Virus record (IMG/VR): IMGVR_UViG_3300007511_000065
Location: 1 to 34,939 of that record
DNA from: a virus
Taxonomy: Duplodnaviria > Caudoviricetes
DNA length: 34,939 nt
Reading direction: 5' to 3' (one strand)
In this document: one piece after another, positions 1 to 9,237 of the stretch
Position numbering within the stretch: position 1 is the first letter of the stretch
Layout: every line of letters starts with the position of its first letter
The notes under the pieces: model-generated
What the model was told of the DNA's origin: nothing
What the model saw: the letters and a program-made list of their open reading frames with translations, nothing else
The model's database searches: none
Program-made: the position numbers and the translations under genes

Positions 1-687
1 AGCTGCATCTACGATTAAATCCCATTTGGCAGAATCAGTGTTACTAGATATTGGCAAACTACCACTAGCAGTATGAGCGGTATTACAAATATAAATGTTA
101 TTGTTGCCAGTATCTTTAATTAAGTCACGCTGGTCATATACTGTTGTTGCTGCCCAATTACCTTGGAAAACACCAATTTCTTGCGTAGCAACAAGGTTAC
201 CTGAAGTATCATAGGCTAATAGTTTAGATGCACGCTCAGTAGCTGTTGCTGTAATTTCTACAGTTCCGGCATCTGTTGTGGTCTTAGAAAACTTATATGA
301 CCTATCTAAAGCATCTTGGATTTCTTGCTGAATTGAGGTAAGCTTATCTAAAGCGCCTTCGTGTGTCTCAGCTGGAAAATCATCATTATCTACATAATCA
401 ACTTCTTGCGTAAGAGACGTATCCCTATAAACAACAATCTTTTCAGTAGATGCTAATGTTGAATAAGTTGATCCCGATTTAGGGAATGTTACCGTGCCGC
501 TAGCTGCACCTGCGCCTGTGACAGTATAATCTGTATTAAGAACAAGAGTCGATTCAACCCCTGTTGAATTATCAACATGGGTACATTTAATCTCTGTCTC
601 AACAGAATGCTTATAATTAAAAGTGAAAACGGTAGTGCTACCGTCACCAGTAAAGCTTTCTCTCGATATTGTTGTAGAAATAGTCAT
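1..687 (-). CDS. Tail fibre protein, N-terminal part (runs off the window)
   Basis: Not in the ORF track; hand-translated MTISTTISRESFTGDGSTTVFTFNY...DYTVTGAG...FPAETHEGALDKLT, resembling the T7 gp17-type fibre anchor. ATG at 687 overlaps the upstream TGA (ATGA); the frame is open to position 1. Confidence 0.88.
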   Translation of the reverse strand, partial: MTISTTISRESFTGDGSTTVFTFNYKHSVETEIKCTHVDNSTGVESTLVLNTDYTVTGAGAASGTVTFPKSGSTYSTLASTEKIVVYRDTSLTQEVDYVDNDDFPAETHEGALDKLTSIQQEIQDALDRSYKFSKTTTDAGTVEITATATERASKLLAYDTSGNLVATQEIGVFQGNWAATTVYDQRDLIKDTGNNNIYICNTAHTASGSLPISSNTDSAKWDLIVDAA

Positions 688-3600
688 CTATATCCTCCAC
701 CGTATTTTATAACAGAACTAGGCGGTATGTAAAACTTTTGCCCTTGGTGCTGTTTGATCCTAGATTCTAGCCTGCTTAAATACCCCGGGTTAACCAACTC
801 TTGTATATTATACAACAGAAAATAATCTAAAGCGGCTCTTGTGTAAAATAAATTTATTCCAGGGGTATTGTTCATAGCGAAGCGAACTGATCTAGCAGCC
901 GTATCTTCACCTCGAATAAATCGTGAGTATAATTCAGCAATGTCATCCATCTGACCAAAAGTAGGACCTGCCATAGTAGCTGTGAATGATCGTCCAAATC
1001 TATTGAACTCACCAAACATAAAATCTCCATAGATACCTAGACCACCACCTTGTGTGAAAGCAGCAATCCATGTTTTTGGATCATCAGGATCTCTTGGTTC
1101 TCTTCCTTTAGAAGCATCTTTAGCTGCCAAAGCCATATACCCGAATATTGTTGTTCCCAGTATTAAGTGAGATAAACCTTTAATATCACCATTGCCTTTT
1201 AACAAAGCTTCCTTAAGAGACTTAGCGCCTGCGCCATGTAATTCACGGCCAAGAGGTTTTGTTAAAACAGTTACAGGGAATGATTTAAACTGCATGATAA
1301 ATCTAAGAGCTTCACCAAGAGGAGTACCTGGTTGAGTTCCTTGCTTCATGATAGCCTGTTCTCTATCTCCAGGAGTAGGCACAGCAAAATCTACACGATC
1401 AGTAAAGTACATACGAAGAGCATCTTCAAGATCATCTTTATACTGTTGGATCTTATGTGTATGAGACTTTGGTGTAGAAGCCTTCATAAGATCTTTAATA
1501 TCAATAGCTGTTGGTAACTTATCTTTTTCAGTTACTCCTAAGCGTGTGGCAATATCATCACGTCTAGCAATAAGCTTATCAATAAGCTCCTTCTGAAGTT
1601 TCTTTTGCGTTGGACCGAATGTCTTAACCAAGATATTAATTTCTTCATCAGTAACACCCGCAACTCTTCTAGCACCGTTTATTATTTGATCTTCTGTCAG
1701 ATCACCAAAAGCATATTTGCCTTGAGAAGAGGATGGTAGGGTTTCCAATTCACCCACTTTTTTTGTAAATTTAGAGCCCTTAGGTTCCCCCATACCCCTA
1801 AACAGGAGTGCACCACCCTCATCTATATGGGTAGCTTTCCCGCCTATCATTTGAACATTATCAAAACCAGTTCCTAGAACATCCCAGTTAGCTAGCCAAG
1901 CATGAACAACAAAATCATCTTTAAGATTGGGCTCTAGTCCAATGGCTGCTCCAGCTTGCTTCATATCAACACGATCAGAAACAACACCTAGTTTTCCTTT
2001 ATCACCAACATTTGATAGATGCTTATTAAGAACACGAACACCAAGAAGCTGATATAGGCGATTAGCTAAGATTTCATTCCTAGCAACCTTATCATCTTCT
2101 GTCTTCATAAAGTATTCTTTGCCAAACTTATCCTTAAAGAAACCACCAGGACTTGAACCAGTTGCTGGCTTTTGCCCTGTAGGCGTTAAGTCACCTTTAT
2201 AAAACTTCAAGCCAGTTGCTGCCTTAGGAACAACGCCAAGGGCTTGCATGACGCTTTCATCGGAAAGTTGTCTTACTGCTTCAGGAGTAATATGTCCATC
2301 TTGATAATCTAATGATCTGATAACATTCCACTTGGCTTCATCAATATTGTACAAGCCAAAAACCCTCTGCATTTCAGGATCAAGTTGATCCCAAGGGTTT
2401 GCTTTTTGCATGAACATATGCTTTGACATCATAAGACCAGCGGCTGTCTTTTGAGAGTCAGTCCACCAGGATAACAGATTTAATCTAAAGAATCCTTGTT
2501 GTAATTTAGACATTCTTCCAGGAAGTGAATCAGTAGCACCAAATCTAGATAAGATGGTACCGATCATACCTTCAAAACCTACTCCTAAGAGATCTGCAAT
2601 TTCTCTACGCTCTGCACCAGAACGTCCTTTCATAACTCCATTAAAGGCATTTGAGTAACCTTTCAATAAGCCATGGCCTTGATAGCGTAACTCAGCCGCG
2701 TGGAAAGGAATATCAGTAATAGCTGATAATGTTGCAGCTCCAAGTTTCGCCATATTATTAACAGCACGAACGATTGCTCCACCTGACGCCATAGTCTGGT
2801 TAACAGGGATACGCGCCGAACCATCTACTTCAGCATAATAAGCATCGATGATATTTGATCGTAGCTTTTTAGTTGCTGCGTAGTTATCACGATTATCATC
2901 TAGTAATCTTTTCCTAATCTTATTAAACATTCCCTCAGGATTTGTTCCTAAGTTTTTCATAAGAGCAATGTTTCGAGCACTATGCTCTAGTCCAAAGACG
3001 ACTGATTCAGATAATCCTTGCGTACCGAACTGTCGATTATAATCATACCAATCATCAGCAGATTTAAAATGTAGAACTCGCTCTTGCGAGATTCTTTTAG
3101 CTAAATTGCTAGGACCAGTAAATGCCGCTGCATCATCTGCAGCATGACCTCCACGAGCTTTTAAATGTGTACCTGAAGTCAATGCCAAATAAGTAGCATT
3201 TAGAAACTCATCAATTTCTTTTGGATTTAATTCTTTGAATGTCTGGTCTGGATCAATATGCTTTAATGCAACTTGCTTCCATTTTTCGAAGCCAGCTTTT
3301 CTAATCTTAAACTGATCATGTGATTGACGTGTGATATAACCAGGAAGCTTTTTAATCCATGCACCAACAGAGTTTTGCTGATGAACAGCTACGTCCTGAT
3401 ATTTCTTAACAATCTTAGCGATCTCAATAGCTTCTGAACGAATACCTTTTAGATTACCATCTGTATCCATTGACCAAAGAGCTCTAGCAATATCTCGATC
3501 ATACTCTTTACTATTGAAGTGCTTTATTAGTTTAGCATTCTCTAGATCATAGAGCATTCCACCAACAAACTTACCAAAGATAGATTTACTTTGTGCACTA

Positions 3601-3947
3601 ATAGAAGCGCGTGATCCTTTAATATTACTATTCAGACCAACTAAATATGAAACTAAGCCAAGGCCTTGATTCTCAAATTGCTGAATATGCTGATACGCTT
3701 TGTTCTCAGCAACAATATTAAAGACTGCATTTCTCTTTTGTATTACTGATGCTGTTAAAAGATCATTAATAATTTCATCAGAAGCTTGTGCTAATATATC
3801 AGCTTGATTTTCTGCCGTAGCTCCAGCACCTTTTAATGACTTCGCTGCTTTAACTTTCTTCTCAAGTAAGCCTAAGATCTCAAGAGCCTCATGGTCCTTA
3901 ATATCTGTAACGACTTCCTTAATAGTGTTAATACATTCTTGTGCCAT
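684..3947 (-). CDS. Large internal virion/ejection protein with embedded PI3K/HipA-like kinase domain (aa ~587-803)
   Basis: 1087 aa, last gene before the fibre, in the position of podovirus large ejection proteins. Ala/Gly-rich helical body; internal motifs GSSPGG, YFMK, NEILA, WLANWD..DN and HIDEGG. Confidence 0.85.
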   Translation of the reverse strand: MAQECINTIKEVVTDIKDHEALEILGLLEKKVKAAKSLKGAGATAENQADILAQASDEIINDLLTASVIQKRNAVFNIVAENKAYQHIQQFENQGLGLVSYLVGLNSNIKGSRASISAQSKSIFGKFVGGMLYDLENAKLIKHFNSKEYDRDIARALWSMDTDGNLKGIRSEAIEIAKIVKKYQDVAVHQQNSVGAWIKKLPGYITRQSHDQFKIRKAGFEKWKQVALKHIDPDQTFKELNPKEIDEFLNATYLALTSGTHLKARGGHAADDAAAFTGPSNLAKRISQERVLHFKSADDWYDYNRQFGTQGLSESVVFGLEHSARNIALMKNLGTNPEGMFNKIRKRLLDDNRDNYAATKKLRSNIIDAYYAEVDGSARIPVNQTMASGGAIVRAVNNMAKLGAATLSAITDIPFHAAELRYQGHGLLKGYSNAFNGVMKGRSGAERREIADLLGVGFEGMIGTILSRFGATDSLPGRMSKLQQGFFRLNLLSWWTDSQKTAAGLMMSKHMFMQKANPWDQLDPEMQRVFGLYNIDEAKWNVIRSLDYQDGHITPEAVRQLSDESVMQALGVVPKAATGLKFYKGDLTPTGQKPATGSSPGGFFKDKFGKEYFMKTEDDKVARNEILANRLYQLLGVRVLNKHLSNVGDKGKLGVVSDRVDMKQAGAAIGLEPNLKDDFVVHAWLANWDVLGTGFDNVQMIGGKATHIDEGGALLFRGMGEPKGSKFTKKVGELETLPSSSQGKYAFGDLTEDQIINGARRVAGVTDEEINILVKTFGPTQKKLQKELIDKLIARRDDIATRLGVTEKDKLPTAIDIKDLMKASTPKSHTHKIQQYKDDLEDALRMYFTDRVDFAVPTPGDREQAIMKQGTQPGTPLGEALRFIMQFKSFPVTVLTKPLGRELHGAGAKSLKEALLKGNGDIKGLSHLILGTTIFGYMALAAKDASKGREPRDPDDPKTWIAAFTQGGGLGIYGDFMFGEFNRFGRSFTATMAGPTFGQMDDIAELYSRFIRGEDTAARSVRFAMNNTPGINLFYTRAALDYFLLYNIQELVNPGYLSRLESRIKQHQGQKFYIPPSSVIKYGGGYR

Positions 3948-5875
3948 TATACTTTACCGTTCATACACATTGAAGCAATCTTAATAGCCGAAGCCCATTT
4001 TTTTGAATCATTAATAACTGTATCCATATCATCTATCATTTTTCTTTGCTCTTTTGTTACTAAGCCTAGCCTATCATGCTCAGCTAGAATCTCTAAGAAT
4101 TCATCTAGCTTTGTTTGAGCTTGCGCTTCATCAAATTGCTTAGGAATAGTTTTTAAAATTTCACCGAAAGCTAGCGCTTGTTCGACATCAACTGATGAGA
4201 TATTTTCTGTTTTACCAGTTGCACGTAATGCAGCTGCAATATCTTCATTAGTAGCTTTCGATAAAACTCCATCATAATCTTTAGGTAATAATTGAGCCGA
4301 TATTTCATAATATTCACCTCCCGCATTTTTCCTCTTTTTTATGCTGCGAATGAAGAATGATTCATTTCGTCCAAGCATAAATTCTCTTTCGCCGTAGAAT
4401 TGACTTCTACCATGTTGTCCAGGCGACGCAGCATGATCAACAACCATTCCTTTAGTACCAGCAGGCATAGACACTTTCCAAAATGTCCTAACATGGTTAT
4501 CTGGCGTATGGTGCGACATGAAGTCTATGCCGGTTTCCCTCTTAAAAGATCCGGCAAAGAAAGTAGGTATTGCATGTTTTTGCCCAGCAACAATATCATT
4601 GATTAAACTAGCTGATAAATTCTGACCGCGGAATAAGAACATTGGTTGATCTAACGTTTGCTTTTTCGTGGCCGAATCTAATTGCTCTATTATCTTGCGT
4701 AAATGCGGATCTTTTATTTGATCAAGATCACTGCCATGCTTAGTAACTGCTTGCAAAATAGCCTTTGTAATTTCAGCATGATTATGTCCTTGCCAATAGC
4801 GTGCTGCAGCTGTTTCATCTCCTGTAAAGGTTTTCTCTTTAAAAGCTTTTGCCTTCATATCTTTTAGCCACGTTTTTATTTGTGGCCAAGAAAGTCCTTT
4901 CGTTCTTTCATGAACGTTTAGAATACCTTCAAGTTGTTTCCAGGTTTGTTCTTCTGAATAATCTTTAGCCGCAGTTGCCTCATCATCTACATGTTTTTGC
5001 ACATTAGGAACAGCTTCATCAGGTTCATTTTTAATGATAGTAATATCATCATCACCGAAAGCTATTTTAGAAGGTGCGGAATCTTGTGCTGTTAAATCAC
5101 TTAATGATTTTTTAATAACAGTATCTGCTGCTGTAACCGTCCTTCCTTCATCAACCATTTTAGTTGCCCATTGGAAAGCTTCTACTCTCTTCCTGAAAGT
5201 AGTCATACCACCCCAATCACCAAGGACTTTACCAAAAACTAGGCGTAAGCCACCGGCTAAAGTAGCTCCACCTAAAACAGAAATCATTGAATCAATGAGA
5301 CCATAATCCGCTTGCTCGCGTTGTGCAACAGCATATGTAATAGGTTCAACAGCGGAAATACCAACAAGACCTTCAGCAAAACCTCTAGAAAAACGAGCTC
5401 CCGTTATTCCCATGGTAGCACCCATTCTTACAAAGGTTTGTTCACGCGTAATAGGAATAAACATTGCTGCAACATTTAATGGATCAACTAATGATCCAAG
5501 CATTGCTGAACCAAAACGTAATGCACCGCCTCCATCAGCACGATTAATAACATGCTGTAAGCGTCGTTCATTACGTTTTTCTTCTGCTATAGCTTCTGCT
5601 AAACGTTTATTAATTGTTGGCTCTTCTTCCTCATCCCAATGAAGACCTAAATCTCTATACTTTTCATTTGCTTCACTAGTAAGCATTCTTTCGGGTTTAA
5701 CTTTTTCGATAGCATCATAACGCATCGAGCGAAGTGCAGAAAACCCTGGACCATACTTTACAGCAATATCAAACGAAGCTCCGGCGGAACGTCCACTAGA
5801 TACAGGCATTCTACTGAGTAGAGGAGAAGCCTCTATTCTAGGATCTGGAGTAAATCTATTAACTCGTGGTAGCAC
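3947..5875 (-). CDS. Internal virion/ejection protein with ADP-ribosyltransferase domain (aa ~350-531)
   Basis: N-terminal ejection-protein-like segment (GSLVDPLN, Gly/Ala-rich hydrophobic stretches). R-S-E ART motifs LFRG (R416), FFAGS (S443) and GEREF (E496/E498). GTG start coupled to the upstream stop. Confidence 0.82.
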   Translation of the reverse strand: MLPRVNRFTPDPRIEASPLLSRMPVSSGRSAGASFDIAVKYGPGFSALRSMRYDAIEKVKPERMLTSEANEKYRDLGLHWDEEEEPTINKRLAEAIAEEKRNERRLQHVINRADGGGALRFGSAMLGSLVDPLNVAAMFIPITREQTFVRMGATMGITGARFSRGFAEGLVGISAVEPITYAVAQREQADYGLIDSMISVLGGATLAGGLRLVFGKVLGDWGGMTTFRKRVEAFQWATKMVDEGRTVTAADTVIKKSLSDLTAQDSAPSKIAFGDDDITIIKNEPDEAVPNVQKHVDDEATAAKDYSEEQTWKQLEGILNVHERTKGLSWPQIKTWLKDMKAKAFKEKTFTGDETAAARYWQGHNHAEITKAILQAVTKHGSDLDQIKDPHLRKIIEQLDSATKKQTLDQPMFLFRGQNLSASLINDIVAGQKHAIPTFFAGSFKRETGIDFMSHHTPDNHVRTFWKVSMPAGTKGMVVDHAASPGQHGRSQFYGEREFMLGRNESFFIRSIKKRKNAGGEYYEISAQLLPKDYDGVLSKATNEDIAAALRATGKTENISSVDVEQALAFGEILKTIPKQFDEAQAQTKLDEFLEILAEHDRLGLVTKEQRKMIDDMDTVINDSKKWASAIKIASMCMNGKV

Positions 5876-8328
5876 TAGAAATTATCCTGTGGTAGAAATT
5901 CATCATCTTTCATCTTGAGTATATGTAGCTTTTTCTGCTGAATAAACTCAAGGTGGGTTATTTTCCCTGAAGTATATAGTTTTCTTAATTCATCTAGAGA
6001 ATATTTTGGCGTTGGACGAACGTCGTCATTCTTAGGAGATGGTACATACGGGACAAATGGTATTTTGTCATTCATGATTTGATCAAGGGAAACAGAGATC
6101 GTTTTACCGTCATACATTAAAGGTATCTCAGCACCGGATAAATCTGTTATTACATAAATGTAGTTGTTATGACCGTCATTTCGCCAGTGACCATATTCAC
6201 CTGCAGTTAAAGCCATCTCTGAATTAGCAAACTCATCAGTAACCCAAGGTTGCTGCTTAATAACATCTAATTGATTTTTGCCAAAGCCGAACGTTCTAGC
6301 GACATCTTCAAAAGAGGACGTATTAGATAACCAAGCATGAACCTTTTCGGGAACAACAGGCTTGCCAGTATCCGAGTTAATATTAGGGATAGAGACAATT
6401 GAGTCAACCTCATCACCAGGAATCGTTACGAATGAAGCATGCTTATTAATAAGGTTATCTAAAATAAAATCAACTGATTCACTTGGGCCTGAATTTGTTG
6501 ATCTGCCATGCATAATAGCTAGGTCAACAACAGTCTGCTCAAGTTCAGCTAGCTGCTTAGAACTGTTTGCATCGAAGCCAAAAACTTCAGCGTATTTAGC
6601 CAAGCCACTTTCTGCTGCAGTAACAAAATCTGCTGACTTTTCACCAGATAATCTAAGATCAGCAATATCTTTTTCAGTCATACTTAAGTATGACTTAGCA
6701 TATGGAGCTAGGTGAATGTTATCATATGTTAACAAAGCGAACTCAATTTTACTACCGAGAGTTTGACTAGATTTTTCTGCAAATTCTTGTCTAATACGCG
6801 GCCAATATTCTCCTTCAGCACCACCGAAGTAATTTTCCATTTGAGCAAAGACATCAGTTAGCTTCTTCGGGTTAGTTAGGTTATTCTGTATTTGAGTTAA
6901 CCATCGATCAACAATAGGGTCAGGGATAACTTCAGTATAGGCTTCAGCCATGCCATTATTAATTTGAGAAGTAATAGATGCATCAATATATGCTTTCCAA
7001 AGATTAGGATCATTTCCATCTACGGCTGCTTCATAAGCTTGTGAGACGGTTAAATCATTTTGTAAAACATACGACGCTGGAGCATTATTAAATTGCTTTA
7101 TACGTGATTCATACGAAGCCAGTACTCTTCCAGCAATAACTTGTCTTTCAGTTGCATTTATTTCTTTTGCATCATCAACAATCTCCCAAGAACTAGCCTT
7201 ATAGTCAGGATTTTTATTACCATCAGCTAGAAAAGGCATCATCTCAATAACAGACTCATCTTGGTTAAGAAGCAATTTACCTTCAACAACCTCTCGCTGT
7301 TTATGATAACCTTTAGCATTTCTAGCGGCGACTATATATTTTTCAACATTAGCGTCACAAGGTGGAGATAAGCATGAATTATTTCTAATTATATTTAGAT
7401 CAACATCACCTTGCCCCGTTGCTTCCATTGAAGAAATAGAATCATCAATATTTCTTTCTGTCTGTATAACTAATGCAGCAGAATTTTTTAACTCTTGATC
7501 ATCTGCTTTAAGCTTATAGTAAGTTAATTCTGCTGATGTTAAGCCTTTCGCCCAATCAGGTGTTGACTTAGCTAGTTCATTTTGCAAAACTTCAGGAGCA
7601 GAATCTAATAGAGCATCAGCTCGCGCTTTAGCAAGATCATGCTTAATACTAGTTCGTAAAGTTGAAACTTGCTTAGGAGTCAACTTATGGGACGCTGACC
7701 AAAAAGCAATCTGCGATTCTACTTGCTGTTCAATAACTCCCCAGCGTTCCATACTAGTAGGATCTGCTAAGGTACCATTTAGAATTTCATTTGTCCAACC
7801 GGTGATTGCTTCTTCACGGTTTTTAGTATTCCATTCCATTTGTTGAATGGCTTCCCATGAATAAGCTGATTTATGTACGGATTCTTTATATCGATAAATT
7901 CCTTCATCAACAGCTCTCTGACCATCTTTTGTTGTAAATTTACTTTTAAGATAATCGGCATGTTGCTGATAGTTAAATCTTTTAGTAACTTCTCGTCCGT
8001 CTTCTATGACAGTAACATCACGAGGAGTTTCGAAAAAATCTCTAGTAAAACCATCTGGTGATTTATCTTTTGACCAGCCTGTTTTAGCGTCAATAAAATT
8101 AGTATCCCACGTTGTTCTAAACTTAGATAGTTCTGAACTAGAATACTCTTTTTCTTCTTTTTGCTTATTCAGTTGATGAACTGTTTCACCAAGCCTTGTT
8201 AAGTTACTACCTAAGGATTGATATGCAGCCATGATACCCGCTGTCTCACTTCCTGAAAACCTAGGTGTATGTTGTCCTGAAGTTTGTAGTGTAGATGAAT
8301 CAGCTAAGTATTGTTGTATTTTTGCCAT
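5875..8328 (-). CDS. Internal virion/ejection protein (T7 gp15-like position)
   Basis: 817 aa, RBS AGGAGG, MAKI-type start, helical; syntenic with podovirus ejection genes. Confidence 0.7.
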   Translation of the reverse strand: MAKIQQYLADSSTLQTSGQHTPRFSGSETAGIMAAYQSLGSNLTRLGETVHQLNKQKEEKEYSSSELSKFRTTWDTNFIDAKTGWSKDKSPDGFTRDFFETPRDVTVIEDGREVTKRFNYQQHADYLKSKFTTKDGQRAVDEGIYRYKESVHKSAYSWEAIQQMEWNTKNREEAITGWTNEILNGTLADPTSMERWGVIEQQVESQIAFWSASHKLTPKQVSTLRTSIKHDLAKARADALLDSAPEVLQNELAKSTPDWAKGLTSAELTYYKLKADDQELKNSAALVIQTERNIDDSISSMEATGQGDVDLNIIRNNSCLSPPCDANVEKYIVAARNAKGYHKQREVVEGKLLLNQDESVIEMMPFLADGNKNPDYKASSWEIVDDAKEINATERQVIAGRVLASYESRIKQFNNAPASYVLQNDLTVSQAYEAAVDGNDPNLWKAYIDASITSQINNGMAEAYTEVIPDPIVDRWLTQIQNNLTNPKKLTDVFAQMENYFGGAEGEYWPRIRQEFAEKSSQTLGSKIEFALLTYDNIHLAPYAKSYLSMTEKDIADLRLSGEKSADFVTAAESGLAKYAEVFGFDANSSKQLAELEQTVVDLAIMHGRSTNSGPSESVDFILDNLINKHASFVTIPGDEVDSIVSIPNINSDTGKPVVPEKVHAWLSNTSSFEDVARTFGFGKNQLDVIKQQPWVTDEFANSEMALTAGEYGHWRNDGHNNYIYVITDLSGAEIPLMYDGKTISVSLDQIMNDKIPFVPYVPSPKNDDVRPTPKYSLDELRKLYTSGKITHLEFIQQKKLHILKMKDDEFLPQDNF

Positions 8329-8344
8329 ATATCCTCCTAATCAG

Positions 8345-8785
8345 TCACGACGTAACCGACGCATATGATGCTGCACCACTAGCTAAAAGAGAAGCTGAAC
8401 GAGCTATGCCTTCAGTTTTAGCATATTTAGCTCGCATTCCTTCCATGACGGCTTCTTGCTCAGCTCTATTTGCTTGATATTCACCTGTATGGATAATTCT
8501 CTTTTCATCTAGTAAGGATTCCATTTCATTCTCTTGCATAACTTCAAGAGGCGTTCCTTCCATGAGAACTCCGGATTTTCCATAGATAGCTCTATTCTTG
8601 CCTTGCATTTTTGCAACACGATGTCTATGATCTTCTACTTCAGCTGCTGCAGCTTGTTTGCGATACTCGGCTTCTTGCCTTGCTGCTTCTGCATTGTACT
8701 GATGCATTTGTGCCTGCTGTTTTGCAGCCTGCATTGTACCAGCTATACCAACAATCGTTCCAACAATGATTAATGCTTGAGCCAT
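8345..8785 (-). CDS. Small internal virion protein (T7 gp14-like)
   Basis: Hydrophobic N-terminus, Q/A-rich coiled coil, G-x-SGV-x2-EGTP motif; follows the GNAT gene. Confidence 0.8.
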   Translation of the reverse strand: MAQALIIVGTIVGIAGTMQAAKQQAQMHQYNAEAARQEAEYRKQAAAAEVEDHRHRVAKMQGKNRAIYGKSGVLMEGTPLEVMQENEMESLLDEKRIIHTGEYQANRAEQEAVMEGMRAKYAKTEGIARSASLLASGAASYASVTS

Positions 8786-8787
8786 AT

Positions 8788-9237
8788 CTAATCTCTAGTT
8801 CTAGCGTACATGACGTAATTATCACCTTCTGGTGAAAAATTCTTCAAGACACCTTCTTGCTTAAATCCCATCCATTCTACCCAGTTGCGTGATACCTTAT
8901 AGTCTTCTCTAACAGTAACTTGTAATCTGTGCAACTTAAAGTTATCTTCTATTAATTTTAACCCGTTTAGCACTGCACGAGCAACACTAATTTTATTTTC
9001 TTCGATTTTATTCGAACCGATTAAATAAGCATCTGCAACACCTTTCCAATGAACTATGCATCCTGCAAAAGCAATTATTTCACCGTCTTTTATTCCTGTA
9101 TATGCTGCTCCCTTGTTCTTGTACATCCAAGCCCATTCATCACTGATGCCATCTCTTGTGGCCATGTACATGTCAGCATTTCTAATATTGTCTCGTAATA
9201 ATTTTAAATGAACTTCTTCAAAAGGGATAATCTTCAT
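8788..9237 (-). CDS. GNAT acetyltransferase-like virion-module protein (T7 gp13-like position)
   Basis: LHRLQVTV...WVEWMGFKQEGVLK..PEG.NY.MYAR is a RimJ/GNAT-like C-terminus; lies after tail tubular B. Confidence 0.8.
   Translation of the reverse strand: MKIIPFEEVHLKLLRDNIRNADMYMATRDGISDEWAWMYKNKGAAYTGIKDGEIIAFAGCIVHWKGVADAYLIGSNKIEENKISVARAVLNGLKLIEDNFKLHRLQVTVREDYKVSRNWVEWMGFKQEGVLKNFSPEGDNYVMYARTRD

Noticed and set aside
8788-9237. GNAT as a novel injected toxin by itself
   Set aside because: A GNAT-like gene at this position is common in podovirus tail modules.
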